A stretch of 64,000 bases of DNA from an uncultured Pseudomonadales bacterium (GCA_964572845.1 CAZNFX010000002.1:49123-113122); one strand, 5' to 3'. Positions 17,435-27,848 are shown, counted from the stretch's first letter. Made by a program: numbers and translations. The notes: generated from the letters alone by a model not told the origin.

Positions 17435-19366
17435 GTGAGACCTCTTTCGATCTTTCTGATCCTGTCGGCAACATGCGCAATCGGACAGGATCAAACCGAA
17501 CCGCCGTGCAGTGATCCAGACTACAAGCATGGCATCAGCTACGTAGAGCCTCTCAAGTACGACGCGGAATTCCAGCACTTCTCCTACGCAAATCCTGAGG
17601 CACCTAAAGGGGGCATGATTCGCTTTCCTGCATTAGGCACCTGGGACAACTTCAATGGCATTCTCAACAAAGGGCGGTTGGTTGCGGGCTACGACCTCGG
17701 TGGAGCGAACACGCTTGTCTACGATCGTTTGCTTGAGGGTTCTGCAGACGAAAACGCAAGCGCGTATGGACGCCTAGCGGAAGGCGTTGCCGTGGAAGAG
17801 AACTTTGCCTGGGTTGCTTTCAAGCTGCGCAAGAATGCGTTGTGGCACGACGGTACGCCACTCGACGCCAGCGATGTCGTCTGGACTTTCAACACTTATT
17901 TGACGGAAGGTTCTCTCACATTGAAGACCGGATTGCAGGAGCTTGATCGGGTCTTTGAGTTTGGGGATCAGGAAGTCTGCTTCGTCACGAAGACAGATGT
18001 GGAGGTCAGTCCGAACATTCCGTTCACCTACGGGGGATTGGCCATTCTTCCGGAACACTACTGGCAGGACCACGACATAACCCAGACAACGCAGATCCCT
18101 CCCCTTGGCAGCGGACCCTACAAGGCTGGAGATTTAGCTTTCGGCAAGAACATTTACTACGAGCGAGTTCCCGACTACTGGGGTCGCGAACTTCCTGTCA
18201 ACAGGGGCCGCTACAACTTTGAGAAGGTCAAGTTCGACTACTTTCTCGACGAAACTGTGATGCTTGAAGCGCACAAGGCACATGTCTACGACATGCGCGA
18301 AGAGACCGTTTCCAAAAATTGGACTACGGGATACGACTTCGACGCTCTGCACGCAGGACTGTTCCGCAAGGAACTTCGCTACCTAAAGCGAGCTTGGGGC
18401 ATGTGGTGGCCGGCATTTTGGAATGTGCGCAATCTCAAGTTTCAGGATGTACGAATTCGGGAAGCGCTATGGCTTCTCTACGACTTCAAATGGATCAACA
18501 GGGTGATACTGTTTGGTTTCTACGACTACGGAGACAGCTATTTCTACAACTCTCCGATGGCACAGAGCGGTCTGCCCTCCGACGACGAGATACGACTGTT
18601 GGAACCGTTTCGAGACCAGGTGCCGCCAAGGATTTTTACTCATGAGTTCAAGCATCCCCCATCGACGGGGTATGGCTCGAATCGGGAGAGCATGAAACGA
18701 GCGCTTGAATTGTTCGACGAGGCTGGTTGGCAACTGAAGCGAGGGAAGCTGCGGCACAAGGAGACGAATGAGCAATTCCACATCGACTTCGTGTTCGTCT
18801 CCGCGATGTTGCTACGAGCCAAGTCTCCATACATACGAAGGCTTAACCAGGCTGGCATTACCACTTCTGCGGTAGCTCCGGAAGTTTCGAATTGGCAACA
18901 TCGAATGCGCACGGGAAAGTTTGATGGCGGTGGATACATATGGATACCTGGCAACATGCCCGGATTCGACCTTCGCAACCGTTTTGGCAGCGAAGCGGCC
19001 GATCAGGACTATGGGTTGAATTGGGCAGGCATCAAGAGCCCCGTGATCGACTACCTCATTGAGCATGTAATCAAAGCGCGTACTGCGCGAGACTTGTACG
19101 CGGCGACTCGAGCCTTGGACCGCGTCCTGCTGTGGAACTTCTACATGGTTCCAGGCATGGGGCAACCAGGATTTCGGCTGGTGGCATGGGACAAGTTCGG
19201 AGAAGTCGATCCATCGGTCTCGGGCCCGCTTTCGCGAGTTCCCGCCATTGACGCCTGGTGGTGGGACGAAGAGAAAGCACAAAGAGTCGAAGCTGGCATC
19301 GCGGCCTTGGGTGACCAGGACTCGGGGTCGGAAATCGACGCATCTGACGACGCGGATTCGCAATAG
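17435..19366 (+). CDS. yejA: ABC transporter periplasmic substrate-binding protein, family 5 (YejA-like)
   Basis: Signal peptide, about 640 aa, followed directly by yejB/yejE-like permease genes. Confidence 0.8.
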   Translation: MRPLSIFLILSATCAIGQDQTEPPCSDPDYKHGISYVEPLKYDAEFQHFSYANPEAPKGGMIRFPALGTWDNFNGILNKGRLVAGYDLGGANTLVYDRLLEGSADENASAYGRLAEGVAVEENFAWVAFKLRKNALWHDGTPLDASDVVWTFNTYLTEGSLTLKTGLQELDRVFEFGDQEVCFVTKTDVEVSPNIPFTYGGLAILPEHYWQDHDITQTTQIPPLGSGPYKAGDLAFGKNIYYERVPDYWGRELPVNRGRYNFEKVKFDYFLDETVMLEAHKAHVYDMREETVSKNWTTGYDFDALHAGLFRKELRYLKRAWGMWWPAFWNVRNLKFQDVRIREALWLLYDFKWINRVILFGFYDYGDSYFYNSPMAQSGLPSDDEIRLLEPFRDQVPPRIFTHEFKHPPSTGYGSNRESMKRALELFDEAGWQLKRGKLRHKETNEQFHIDFVFVSAMLLRAKSPYIRRLNQAGITTSAVAPEVSNWQHRMRTGKFDGGGYIWIPGNMPGFDLRNRFGSEAADQDYGLNWAGIKSPVIDYLIEHVIKARTARDLYAATRALDRVLLWNFYMVPGMGQPGFRLVAWDKFGEVDPSVSGPLSRVPAIDAWWWDEEKAQRVEAGIAALGDQDSGSEIDASDDADSQ

Positions 19367-19384
19367 GTTCACTAGGACGAAGTC

Positions 19385-20479
19385 GTGCTTAGGTACATAC
19401 TCAAACGACTGTTGCTCATACCTCCCACGTTGTTCGGGATCATTCTGATCAACTTCGTGATCGTGCAATTTGCGCCCGGGGGACCGGTCGAACAGATCAT
19501 TGCCCAAGTGACGATTGGACAGGTCTCGTCGACCCAAAGGATCAGCGGGGGCGGCGACACGGGGATGTCGTCGGAAGCAATCCAAGCCTCTGGCAGTTCC
19601 CACAATCTCTCGTCGTATGGGCTGGATCCAGATCTAGTAGACCACTTGAACGAGGAGTTTGGATTCGACAAGCCTGTCTACGCTAGGTTTTGGGACATGA
19701 TCAAGAACTATCTGGTTTTCGATTTTGGAACAAGCTATTTTCAAGACCGTCCGGTTAGGGAGCTAGTAATTGAACGCCTACCGGTCTCGATCTCATTGGG
19801 TCTCTGGTCCTTGCTTCTGATCTATGCGATATCGATACCCTTGGGAGTTCGCAAGGCGGTAAAGGACGGCACACGATTCGACTTCTGGACAAGCTCCGTC
19901 ATTTTCATTGGCTACGCCATACCGGGATTTCTGTTCGCGATACTGCTTATCGTGCTGTTCGCCGGAGGCAGCTACTGGGAAGTGTTTCCCATGCGGGGAT
20001 TCCACTCCGAAGGTTTCGAGGAGATGGGATGGTTCGGACAGATCAAGGACTATTTCTGGCACATAGCTCTTCCAGTCCTATCTCTGACGATCGGGGGTTT
20101 TGCCTATCTGTCGATGCTCACCAAGAATTCCTTTCTCGAGGAAATCAGCAAGCAATTTGTTCTAACTGCGCGAGCAAAAGGCTTGTCGGAACGAAGGGTC
20201 TTGTTTGGGCATGTGTTTCGTAATGCGATGCTGATCGTAATTGCAGGATTTCCTGCCGCATTTGTTGGAATTCTCTTCACAGGATCAGTGTTGATCGAGG
20301 TGATCTTCTCGCTGGAAGGCATTGGCTTGCTGAGCTACGAGGCAGTCGTCAAGCGAGACTACCCCATATTGTTTGGAACTCTCTACGTGTTCACATTGAT
20401 CTCGCTGATCATGCACTTGATTGGGGACTTGTGCTATGTATTTGTAGATCCTCGAATTGACTTTGAGACGCGACAGTGA
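19385..20479 (+). CDS. yejB: ABC transporter permease (YejB-like)
   Basis: The N-terminus LLLIPPTLFGIILINFVIVQFAPGGPVEQ ... GLDPDLV..L..EFGFDKPVY matches my memory of E. coli YejB closely. Confidence 0.85.
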   Translation: MLRYILKRLLLIPPTLFGIILINFVIVQFAPGGPVEQIIAQVTIGQVSSTQRISGGGDTGMSSEAIQASGSSHNLSSYGLDPDLVDHLNEEFGFDKPVYARFWDMIKNYLVFDFGTSYFQDRPVRELVIERLPVSISLGLWSLLLIYAISIPLGVRKAVKDGTRFDFWTSSVIFIGYAIPGFLFAILLIVLFAGGSYWEVFPMRGFHSEGFEEMGWFGQIKDYFWHIALPVLSLTIGGFAYLSMLTKNSFLEEISKQFVLTARAKGLSERRVLFGHVFRNAMLIVIAGFPAAFVGILFTGSVLIEVIFSLEGIGLLSYEAVVKRDYPILFGTLYVFTLISLIMHLIGDLCYVFVDPRIDFETRQ

Positions 20480-21567
20480 GCCCGTTAGTTCGACGCGGAA
20501 TCGCGAATTTCAAAGCAAACAGGCGAGGTTACTACTCGCTGTGGATATTCGGCATCCTGTTTGCCATCTCTCTGATGGCCGAGCTCGTAGCCAACGATAA
20601 GCCCATCGTTCTCTTCATGAATGGCAAGCTCTTCTTTCCCGCGTTCACCTTCGTGGCAGAGACGGATTTAGGGGGAGAGTTGGAAATCGAAGCCGACTAC
20701 ACCGACCCATACGTTAAGGACTTGATCGAGGAAGCAAACGGCTGGGCGATTTTCCCACCCATACCGTACAGCTACGACACAGTTGATTTTTGGGTTGAGC
20801 AATCGACGCCGGCCCCGCCATCAGGTCAGCATTGGCTGGGCACCGATGATCGCGCAAAGGACACTCTTGCGCGCCTGATCTACGGATTTCGATTGTCCGT
20901 CGTCTTTGGTATCACGCTGACGCTGTTTAGTTCTCTCATTGGCGTAGGCATAGGTGCTGTGCAGGGCTACTTCGGTGGTTTAGTCGACTTATTGGGACAG
21001 CGTTTGGTGGAGATTTGGTCGGGCTTGCCCGTCTTGCTGATCCTAATCATATTGGCTAGTGTGATCGAACCCAACGTGATCTGGCTGTTGATTCTTCTGA
21101 CCTGCTTCAGTTGGATGACGCTCGTTGCTGTTGTTCGCGCAGAATTCCTGCGTACAAGAAATTTCGACTTTGTCAGGGCGGCACGTGCGCTTGGCGTATC
21201 GAATCGCACCATCATGCGGCGGCATGTCTTGCCGAATGCCATGGTTGCAACGCTAACCAATGTCCCGTTCATACTGTGCGGTGCCGTGACTATGCTCACC
21301 GCACTAGATTTTCTAGGGTTTGGTTTGCCGGACGGTTCGCCCTCCATTGGCGAGTTACTTGCCCAGGGCAAAGCCAACATCCAGTCGCCATGGCTCGGTC
21401 TGACAGGATTCTTCACGATGGCGATCATGCTGGTCCTCTTGATCTTCATCAGCGAAGGTGTGCGGGACGCGTTCGATCCTAGGCGTTCGCTAGGAGGAGG
21501 GGCGCCTGCTGAACATGCGGCTCAGGAAGTAGCCGAAGCACAGACGGCAGCGGCACTGTCTCGTTGA
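20476..21567 (+). CDS. yejE: ABC transporter permease (YejE-like)
   Basis: HWLGTDDRAKDTLARLIYGFRLS is a typical DppC/YejE motif. Start overlaps the yejB stop by 4 nt. Confidence 0.85.
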   Translation: MSPLVRRGIANFKANRRGYYSLWIFGILFAISLMAELVANDKPIVLFMNGKLFFPAFTFVAETDLGGELEIEADYTDPYVKDLIEEANGWAIFPPIPYSYDTVDFWVEQSTPAPPSGQHWLGTDDRAKDTLARLIYGFRLSVVFGITLTLFSSLIGVGIGAVQGYFGGLVDLLGQRLVEIWSGLPVLLILIILASVIEPNVIWLLILLTCFSWMTLVAVVRAEFLRTRNFDFVRAARALGVSNRTIMRRHVLPNAMVATLTNVPFILCGAVTMLTALDFLGFGLPDGSPSIGELLAQGKANIQSPWLGLTGFFTMAIMLVLLIFISEGVRDAFDPRRSLGGGAPAEHAAQEVAEAQTAAALSR

Positions 21568-21795
21568 CACTCTCTTGGATCCCAAGCTCGTGGGCTAGTA
21601 GAATTTTGCAGCGGGCGGCATGTAGCGAAATTGCTGCTTTCATCAACGAACAGCACCGCTCGCAATGTCGTTGTCAACAACGCGCAGCACAGTCGAGCGT
21701 TGAGTTTGCGGTCAACGGCATGTCAATAGGTCAGTAATAGCCATTCGTTGAGGAGACTCATCCCGATCGACTGGTAATCAAGAAGGAGTAAGCGT

Positions 21796-22284
21796 ATGAG
21801 TTGGGTGGCAGTATTGATGGGTTCCAAGTCCGATTGGCCCACAATGCAAAGTACAACCGAAGTCTTGGCAGATTTTGGGGTTGAGTTCGAAGCCAAGGTG
21901 ACTTCCGCTCATCGCACTCCGAGCCAGACGGCGGACTACGTAAGCGATGCCGTTGAACGCGGATGCGAAGTCTTCATTTGCGCCGCGGGTCTCGCCGCGC
22001 ACTTGGCCGGCGCCGTCGCTGCCAAGACAACCAAACCCGTAATCGGCGTGCCCATGGACGGCGGACCGCTATCCGGCTTCGATGCATTGTTGTCCACTGT
22101 GCAAATGCCGGGAGGAGTACCTGTGGCTACTGTGGCGATCGGCAAAGCAGGAGCCAAGAATGCAGCCTATTTGGCCATACAGGTCCTAGCGCTGTCGAAC
22201 AGCGATTTGTCGGACCGACTGGCAGAGGATCGCTCGGCTAGCGTGCGCAATGTAGAGGAGCAGAATCAGTCCATCCAAGGTTGA
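21796..22284 (+). CDS. purE: 5-(carboxyamino)imidazole ribonucleotide mutase
   Basis: [14 protein letters not shown] ... VTSAHRTP ... [13 protein letters not shown] ... PVIGVP. Confidence 0.9.
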   Translation: MSWVAVLMGSKSDWPTMQSTTEVLADFGVEFEAKVTSAHRTPSQTADYVSDAVERGCEVFICAAGLAAHLAGAVAAKTTKPVIGVPMDGGPLSGFDALLSTVQMPGGVPVATVAIGKAGAKNAAYLAIQVLALSNSDLSDRLAEDRSASVRNVEEQNQSIQG

Positions 22285-22299
22285 CATGCGGGTTGCTAC

Positions 22300-22848
22300 T
22301 TGAATAGGGGTCAGCTTGAACAAGCCGTTCAAATCCTGCAGCAAGGGGGCGTGATCGCACACGCATGCGAAGGAGTATGGGGATTGGCTTGCGATCCTTG
22401 GTGCGAGTCGGCCGTTTCTCGAATACTGGAGATCAAAGGCCGCGGCCCATCCAAGGGATTGATAGTGATCGGTCACAATGCGGCCGTTTTCGAGTCCGAA
22501 CTTGCTTTGGTCGAGAAGGCACAAAGGGACCTCATAACACATAGCTGGCCTAGTCACACGACCTGGATTGTTCCAACCCGGCGCTTTCCTCGCTCTGTAA
22601 CAGGAGGTCGCACCACGATCGCAGTTAGAGTTCCTGACCACGAACAAGCGAGGAAGCTCTGCGAGCTGTACGGCTGTGCACTTGTATCGACATCTGCCAA
22701 CTTCAGTTCGGAACCTCCAGCTAGGAGTGAAGAGGAAGTTCAAGAATCGATCGGCTCCCATGTGGATTTTGTCCTTCCTGGTTCAATTGGCGATGCTAAA
22801 GGACCAAGTGAAATCAGAAGTGCATTCGACAACAAGCGGTTGCGATGA
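22300..22848 (+). CDS. tsaC: L-threonylcarbamoyladenylate synthase (YrdC/TsaC)
   Basis: GGVIAHACEGVWGLACDP, RILEIKGR and TSANFSSEPPA. TTG start. Confidence 0.85.
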   Translation: MNRGQLEQAVQILQQGGVIAHACEGVWGLACDPWCESAVSRILEIKGRGPSKGLIVIGHNAAVFESELALVEKAQRDLITHSWPSHTTWIVPTRRFPRSVTGGRTTIAVRVPDHEQARKLCELYGCALVSTSANFSSEPPARSEEEVQESIGSHVDFVLPGSIGDAKGPSEIRSAFDNKRLR

Positions 22849-23645
22849 GTGTTGATCGATACGCCGTGATTGGCAATCCGGTGTCACACAGCCTCTCACC
22901 GGAAATTCACTCAGAATTTGCTCGTCAGACCAACCAGGATTTGCAGTACGTTCGGATCGAAGCTCCGTACGATGGATTCGAGTCCGCCGCCCGCAACTTC
23001 ATGTGTCAAGGGGGATGTGGACTAAGCGTGACCGCGCCGTTCAAAGGGGATGCTTGCCGGTGGGTACAAGAGATTGACGAATACGCTGCTGAGTCCGGTG
23101 CCGTGAATTGCATCTCGATGAATGGCAATACGATCAAAGGATTCAACACAGATGGAATTGGGTTGCTGCGAGACTTTTCTCGGATGAATTGGAAGACAAA
23201 AGGCCTACGTGTGCTTGTGCTGGGCGCTGGAGGAGCGGCGAGAGGTATCGTTGGACCGATATTGCGGGACGGGGGCTTCGTTACCGTAGCAAACCGAACA
23301 GTGCAGAAGCTAGCTGGAATTGAGAGTCTGTTTCCCAACATCTCAACGATGCCAATGGCTGACGTTCGCTCTGATTGGGATATCGTCATAAACGCAACTT
23401 CGGCTCATCTGCAGTCGGCGGAGCTTCCCGTCGATCCACAGGCATTCATAGGCGCACGTTGCTACGACTTGGCCTATAGTCGAAATGGAACCACGCCGTT
23501 TACTGCCTTAACACGCCAATGCGACGCTAAGGAAGTCCATGATGGACTCGGGATGCTAGTGTTCCAAGCCGCTTGTGCCTTCAAAGTGTGGCGCGGTATT
23601 GATCCTGATGCCGTTAGCGTACTAGAACATCTTCGCGGACAATGA
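22845..23645 (+). CDS. aroE: shikimate dehydrogenase
   Basis: YAVIGNPVSHSLSPEIH, VTAPFK, NTDGIG and LGAGGAARG. Start overlaps the tsaC stop by 4 nt. Confidence 0.9.
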   Translation: MSVDRYAVIGNPVSHSLSPEIHSEFARQTNQDLQYVRIEAPYDGFESAARNFMCQGGCGLSVTAPFKGDACRWVQEIDEYAAESGAVNCISMNGNTIKGFNTDGIGLLRDFSRMNWKTKGLRVLVLGAGGAARGIVGPILRDGGFVTVANRTVQKLAGIESLFPNISTMPMADVRSDWDIVINATSAHLQSAELPVDPQAFIGARCYDLAYSRNGTTPFTALTRQCDAKEVHDGLGMLVFQAACAFKVWRGIDPDAVSVLEHLRGQ

Positions 23646-23715
23646 GACTATTGAGCCGGCAGTTGAGCAAGGTCGAGTGTACCGACGCTTTGCCTGATCG
23701 TAGATTCATTGTGTA

Positions 23716-24453
23716 ATGAACTCAATCATGTCAGACACCAAGAACACGTTCAAGTCTCCGTTGCGCCGGCCGCGCGGAGGATGGGCATTAGCAGTTCAAG
23801 TGGCAATCGCCGTTATCACAGCATTGAGTCTTAGCGCATGGCAGGTGACACGCGGATTTGAGAAAGGAGAATTGCGTGACCTATATGTTGACCGTTTGGC
23901 CACGGAACCGATCACGGTACAGGAATATGTCGAGGCAGGGAGCTTCTACAGAAAGATCGAATTGGTGGGTCGATTCGACCAGCAGCGAAGCTTCATAGTT
24001 GCCTACAAACGGCATTTGGGAGTACCGGGGTTCTGGGTGATTACGCCTTTTGAGACGGAAGTCGGAACATTTCTTGTGAATCGCGGATGGGTTGCCATGG
24101 ACAAGACATGGTTTCATACGCCGCATGTGGAAACGCCACCCGAGGAAGTGCATCTCAGCGGCGTCATATGGCCCAGCACGACACAGCGATCAACAGTCGG
24201 CTACGAAGGAGAAACTTGGCCCAAGCGAGTAAATCGATTGAATATTGCAAAAATGGCCGAAATGACCTCAGCATTTGGCGACGAAGTACGATTGCTTCCC
24301 GCTAGCGAAACGGTGCTGGTTCCAATACATCTGACATTTGAGCAAGGTGCAAGTACTCACTGGAGCTATGCTTTTCAATGGTTGGTAATAGGTGCGCTCA
24401 TTGTGCTTGGATATTGGTATTTCGCGTTGAGAAGACATGAAGATGACTCGTAG
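23716..24453 (+). CDS. SURF1-family cytochrome oxidase assembly protein
   Basis: N- and C-terminal TM helices, plus FLVNRGWV and YAFQWL motifs. Confidence 0.75.
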   Translation: MNSIMSDTKNTFKSPLRRPRGGWALAVQVAIAVITALSLSAWQVTRGFEKGELRDLYVDRLATEPITVQEYVEAGSFYRKIELVGRFDQQRSFIVAYKRHLGVPGFWVITPFETEVGTFLVNRGWVAMDKTWFHTPHVETPPEEVHLSGVIWPSTTQRSTVGYEGETWPKRVNRLNIAKMAEMTSAFGDEVRLLPASETVLVPIHLTFEQGASTHWSYAFQWLVIGALIVLGYWYFALRRHEDDS

Positions 24454-24459
24454 CAAGCC

Positions 24460-25137
24460 GTGAAACTCAAAATCGGGATATTGGTTGCGCTTATTGCGCT
24501 CGTAGGAGTTCTCTACTGGTACTCGACTCACGCCGACAAAGTTGGCATGACAGCTGAACAGCTAAAAGCTCTTGGACTGGTCGAGCTTCCGGAACCTACG
24601 GAAATCGGGGAGTTGACATTGGTCGACCAAGATGGAAGACCCTTCGATGGTTCCGTCTTGCAAGGGAAATGGAGCTATGCGTTCTTCGGCTATACGAACT
24701 GCCCGGACATCTGCCCTATAACGATGTCTCTGTTGAAACAAGTAGAACAACGTCTGCATGAGACGGCTTCACCCGATGTTGCCGCGAAATTTCAAGGAAT
24801 CTTCGTTACTGTAGATCCTGCACGAGACAGTCCAGAAACAGTAAGGGAATTCGTAGCTAGTTTTTCGCCGAATTTTCTCGGAGTTACGGGCACGGAAGAG
24901 AATATTCGCAGTCTTGCAAGCAACGTTGCCGTTGGCTACAGGCGTATAGGATCTGACGACTCGAAGATAGAGTACTTAGTGGAGCATCAAGGTCACATAG
25001 TGGTGTTTTCGCCTGAGGGGCGCTGCTATGGGTTCATAAAACCTGAGCATGACACAACTCAACTTGTCCGCATTTTTCTACATTTGGAGAAGAAGGCAAG
25101 CAGCGCAGTCAATGTCGCTCAGTTCGACAGAGTCTAG
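24460..25137 (+). CDS. SCO1/SenC-family copper chaperone
   Basis: FGYTNCPDICP (CxxxC) with a downstream HQGHIVV-type His. N-terminal TM anchor. Confidence 0.85.
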   Translation: MKLKIGILVALIALVGVLYWYSTHADKVGMTAEQLKALGLVELPEPTEIGELTLVDQDGRPFDGSVLQGKWSYAFFGYTNCPDICPITMSLLKQVEQRLHETASPDVAAKFQGIFVTVDPARDSPETVREFVASFSPNFLGVTGTEENIRSLASNVAVGYRRIGSDDSKIEYLVEHQGHIVVFSPEGRCYGFIKPEHDTTQLVRIFLHLEKKASSAVNVAQFDRV

Positions 25138-25181
25138 CGTATGGGGTATGCTAGGTCTCGTTGCATATCGATGAAGCCTAG

Positions 25182-26465
25182 TTGCAGGAACTCGTAGCAG
25201 AAAGTAGCCGAAGCGCATCCGCAGATGTCCTTGAGGCTTACTCCGCCATCCGAAAACGAAGCGAAGATCTTTGCGCTCCGTTGGAAATTGAGGACTATTG
25301 CGCCCAGCCAATTCCCAGTGTAAGCCCTCCAAAATGGCATTTGGCGCATACCACATGGTTCTTTGAGACCTTCATACTGCAGCCATACCTACGCAACTAC
25401 CGTGTCTTTGATAGTCGGTACAACTATCTGTTCAATTCCTACTATGACACGGTTGGCCCTTACTTCCCGCGCGCAGATCGGGGGTCGCTGACAAGACCCT
25501 TGGTCCAGGAAGTCTACTCGTATCGGTCGTACGTAGATGAAGCAATGGTCGAGGTCATGGCGGGTCGGATGTCTAACGATCTTGCATCCCGTCTGCAGCT
25601 AGGTCTGAACCACGAGCAGCAGCATCAAGAACTGCTGGTCACGGATCTCAAATACATACTGGGAAAGAACCCATTGCGTCCGCAATACCTTGACTCCTCG
25701 GGATCACCCATGAGCACGGCAATAGACACACTGAGCTATTCGACATTTCCTGGCGGCGTGGTGGACATCGGCGCAAACTGGGAGGAAGCAGAGTTTCTCT
25801 TTGACAACGAGTCGCCCCGACACAAGGTGTTTCTTTCTCCGTACCTGCTGGCCAATCGTCTCACAACGAACGGAGAGTTTAGAGAGTTCATTCAGGACGG
25901 AGGCTACGACCAACCAAGTCTTTGGTTGTCCGATGGTTGGTCCGAGAAGAACAGGAACAACTGGCGCGGACCTGAGTATTGGGAATGGCGAGACGGACAG
26001 TGGATGGAGTACACCTTGGGCGGTCTAGCTGACTTGGATCCGTTGAGTCCAGTTACGCACATCAGTTTGTACGAGGCCGATGCCTTTGCTCGATGGTCGG
26101 GTGCTCGGCTTGCGACGGAGTTCGAATGGGAGCATGCCGCCCGCGACTGGATTCCTCCCACCAGTCCAAATTTGGCTCAGCGCGACAGGTTTCACCCTTC
26201 CGTGGCGTCAAGTCTCGAACCTAGGTCTCAAATGCTCGGGGATTGCTGGGAATGGACCTCTTCGAGCTATGCCCCTTACCCTGGCTACCGGCCTCTCAAC
26301 GGAGCGCTGGGCGAATACAACGGAAAGTTCATGGCCAATCAATTCGTGCTTCGCGGAGGCTCCTGTGCGACTCCTCCTGAACACATTCGGCCTTCCTATC
26401 GAAACTTCTTCTATGCCCGCGACCGTTGGCAGTTCACGGGAATTCGGTTGGCTAAGAATGGCTAG
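25182..26465 (+). CDS. egtB: ergothioneine biosynthesis sulfoxide synthase EgtB (DinB_2 + FGE-sulfatase domains)
   Basis: WHLAHTTWFFE, HEQQHQELL and GDCWEWTSSSYAPYPGY. TTG start is uncertain. Confidence 0.85.
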   Translation: MQELVAESSRSASADVLEAYSAIRKRSEDLCAPLEIEDYCAQPIPSVSPPKWHLAHTTWFFETFILQPYLRNYRVFDSRYNYLFNSYYDTVGPYFPRADRGSLTRPLVQEVYSYRSYVDEAMVEVMAGRMSNDLASRLQLGLNHEQQHQELLVTDLKYILGKNPLRPQYLDSSGSPMSTAIDTLSYSTFPGGVVDIGANWEEAEFLFDNESPRHKVFLSPYLLANRLTTNGEFREFIQDGGYDQPSLWLSDGWSEKNRNNWRGPEYWEWRDGQWMEYTLGGLADLDPLSPVTHISLYEADAFARWSGARLATEFEWEHAARDWIPPTSPNLAQRDRFHPSVASSLEPRSQMLGDCWEWTSSSYAPYPGYRPLNGALGEYNGKFMANQFVLRGGSCATPPEHIRPSYRNFFYARDRWQFTGIRLAKNG

Positions 26466-27432
26466 CGACTCGAGCCGTGGCGAGTTCGTTTTCTTCGATC
26501 TCAAGCCATCCACACCAGATATCCGAACTGAGATTTGTGCAGGATTGGGTCTCGAGCAAAAAACTATATCACCCAAGTATCTCTACGATAGTCGAGGATC
26601 CTTGCTCTTCGATACGATCACGGGGTTGCCGGAGTACTACCTAACACGGGTGGAGATCGGAATTCTCCACGAGCGACGACGCGAAATGTCGCACATGATC
26701 GAGCGGGGATCCTGGTTGCTGGAATATGGGGCGGGAAGCGGGCGCAAATCCCGCATCATGTTGGAAACCATCAATCCGGCAGCCTACATTCCCGTTGATA
26801 TTTCATCGGCTCACCTGGTTGAGTCTGCCCAGCAGATTCATCGTGAATTCATAGGACTCTCTGTCTATCCAATCTGTGCGGACTACACGCAAGCCTTCGA
26901 AATGCCGGAAGTGATTTCGAGCGACAATCGCGCTGTATTCTTTCCTGGGTCCAGCATCGGCAATTTCGGTCGTGACGAAGCTAGAAACTTTCTCAAGACA
27001 GCAGCTGATGTCGTGGGCGAGAACGGTGCTATTGTCTTGGGTGTAGATACTCGCAAATCGGCAAATGTAATCGAACCTGCGTACAACGACTCGAGATGCG
27101 TGACGGCAATGTTCAACAAGAACATATTGCAGCACCTCAACAACGAAATCGGATCGGACTTTCAGCTGAATTACTTTGACCATCGTGCCTTCTACGACGA
27201 GCAGGAAGGCTGCTTGCAGATGCACTTGGTTTGCAATTCGGAGCATGAAGTCTCAATTGGCGCAGACTCCTTCACCTTTCGTGAGGGAGAGACCATACAC
27301 ACGGAAAATTCGTTCAAGTACTCGGCCAATGAGCTAGAGGAAGTCGCCTCTCAAGCGGGATTTACCTGCGAGGCCATTTGGACCGATCGAAAGGAATGGT
27401 TTATGGTTGCATTCTTGCGGAATTGCCCATAG
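26458..27432 (+). CDS. egtD: L-histidine N-alpha-methyltransferase EgtD
   Basis: KTISPKYLYDSRGSLLFDTITGLPEYYLTRVE and LEYGAGSGRKS. The ATG at 26458 overlaps the egtB stop by 8 nt. Confidence 0.85.
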   Translation: MASDSSRGEFVFFDLKPSTPDIRTEICAGLGLEQKTISPKYLYDSRGSLLFDTITGLPEYYLTRVEIGILHERRREMSHMIERGSWLLEYGAGSGRKSRIMLETINPAAYIPVDISSAHLVESAQQIHREFIGLSVYPICADYTQAFEMPEVISSDNRAVFFPGSSIGNFGRDEARNFLKTAADVVGENGAIVLGVDTRKSANVIEPAYNDSRCVTAMFNKNILQHLNNEIGSDFQLNYFDHRAFYDEQEGCLQMHLVCNSEHEVSIGADSFTFREGETIHTENSFKYSANELEEVASQAGFTCEAIWTDRKEWFMVAFLRNCP

Positions 27433-27648
27433 CCGTTTAGTACGTCGCCCGTCGCAGTACTCTTGCATACTAGGGCGTTGGAATCATCAACTTTCTAAGC
27501 GGTACCAGTTGATTGGCCAGTCAAAGGGTCGGTCTGCGCCGGCAACAATCACCGCTTTGGGTTGGCGCGGATGCCACTTGGAATCTGATGCGACCGGCGT
27601 CTCGGTCGACATCACTCAATTCATTCGCACGTAGGGTTTGGAATCCGG

Positions 27649-27843
27649 CTAATGTTCTTTATCGACTTTCACCTTTGTTGGTTCTTTCTTGAACGTCACT
27701 CTGAAATCTCCGTATCTAGCTCGAATCAGGAACTCCGCATTCGATTCGCTAGTGGCATAGATCCTCTCGTAGGTAGGGGCACGCAATGGTCCTGCACGCA
27801 CCTCGAACTCCGCTTCGTAAAGGTGTAGATCTGAATTCTTCAT
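27649..27843 (-). CDS. small hypothetical protein (64 aa)
   Basis: Preceded by a strong AAGGAG-N5-ATG. No family recognised. Confidence 0.5.
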   Translation of the reverse strand: MKNSDLHLYEAEFEVRAGPLRAPTYERIYATSESNAEFLIRARYGDFRVTFKKEPTKVKVDKEH

Positions 27844-27848
27844 TTTTT

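Noticed and set aside
18812-19603. Long ORFs antisense to, or out of frame with, confident genes. Examples: 1894..2457, 11802..12317, 12938..13480, 13525..14103, 16452..16964, 18812..19603, 22186..22761, 37892..38737, 38795..39508, 40156..40797, 42145..42828, 52466..53032, 56248..56910, 56516..57043.
   Set aside because: Each lies inside a gene with clear family motifs on the other strand or frame. Their translations are Arg/Ser/Cys/Pro-rich low-complexity sequence. These are typical shadow ORFs of moderately GC-rich DNA.
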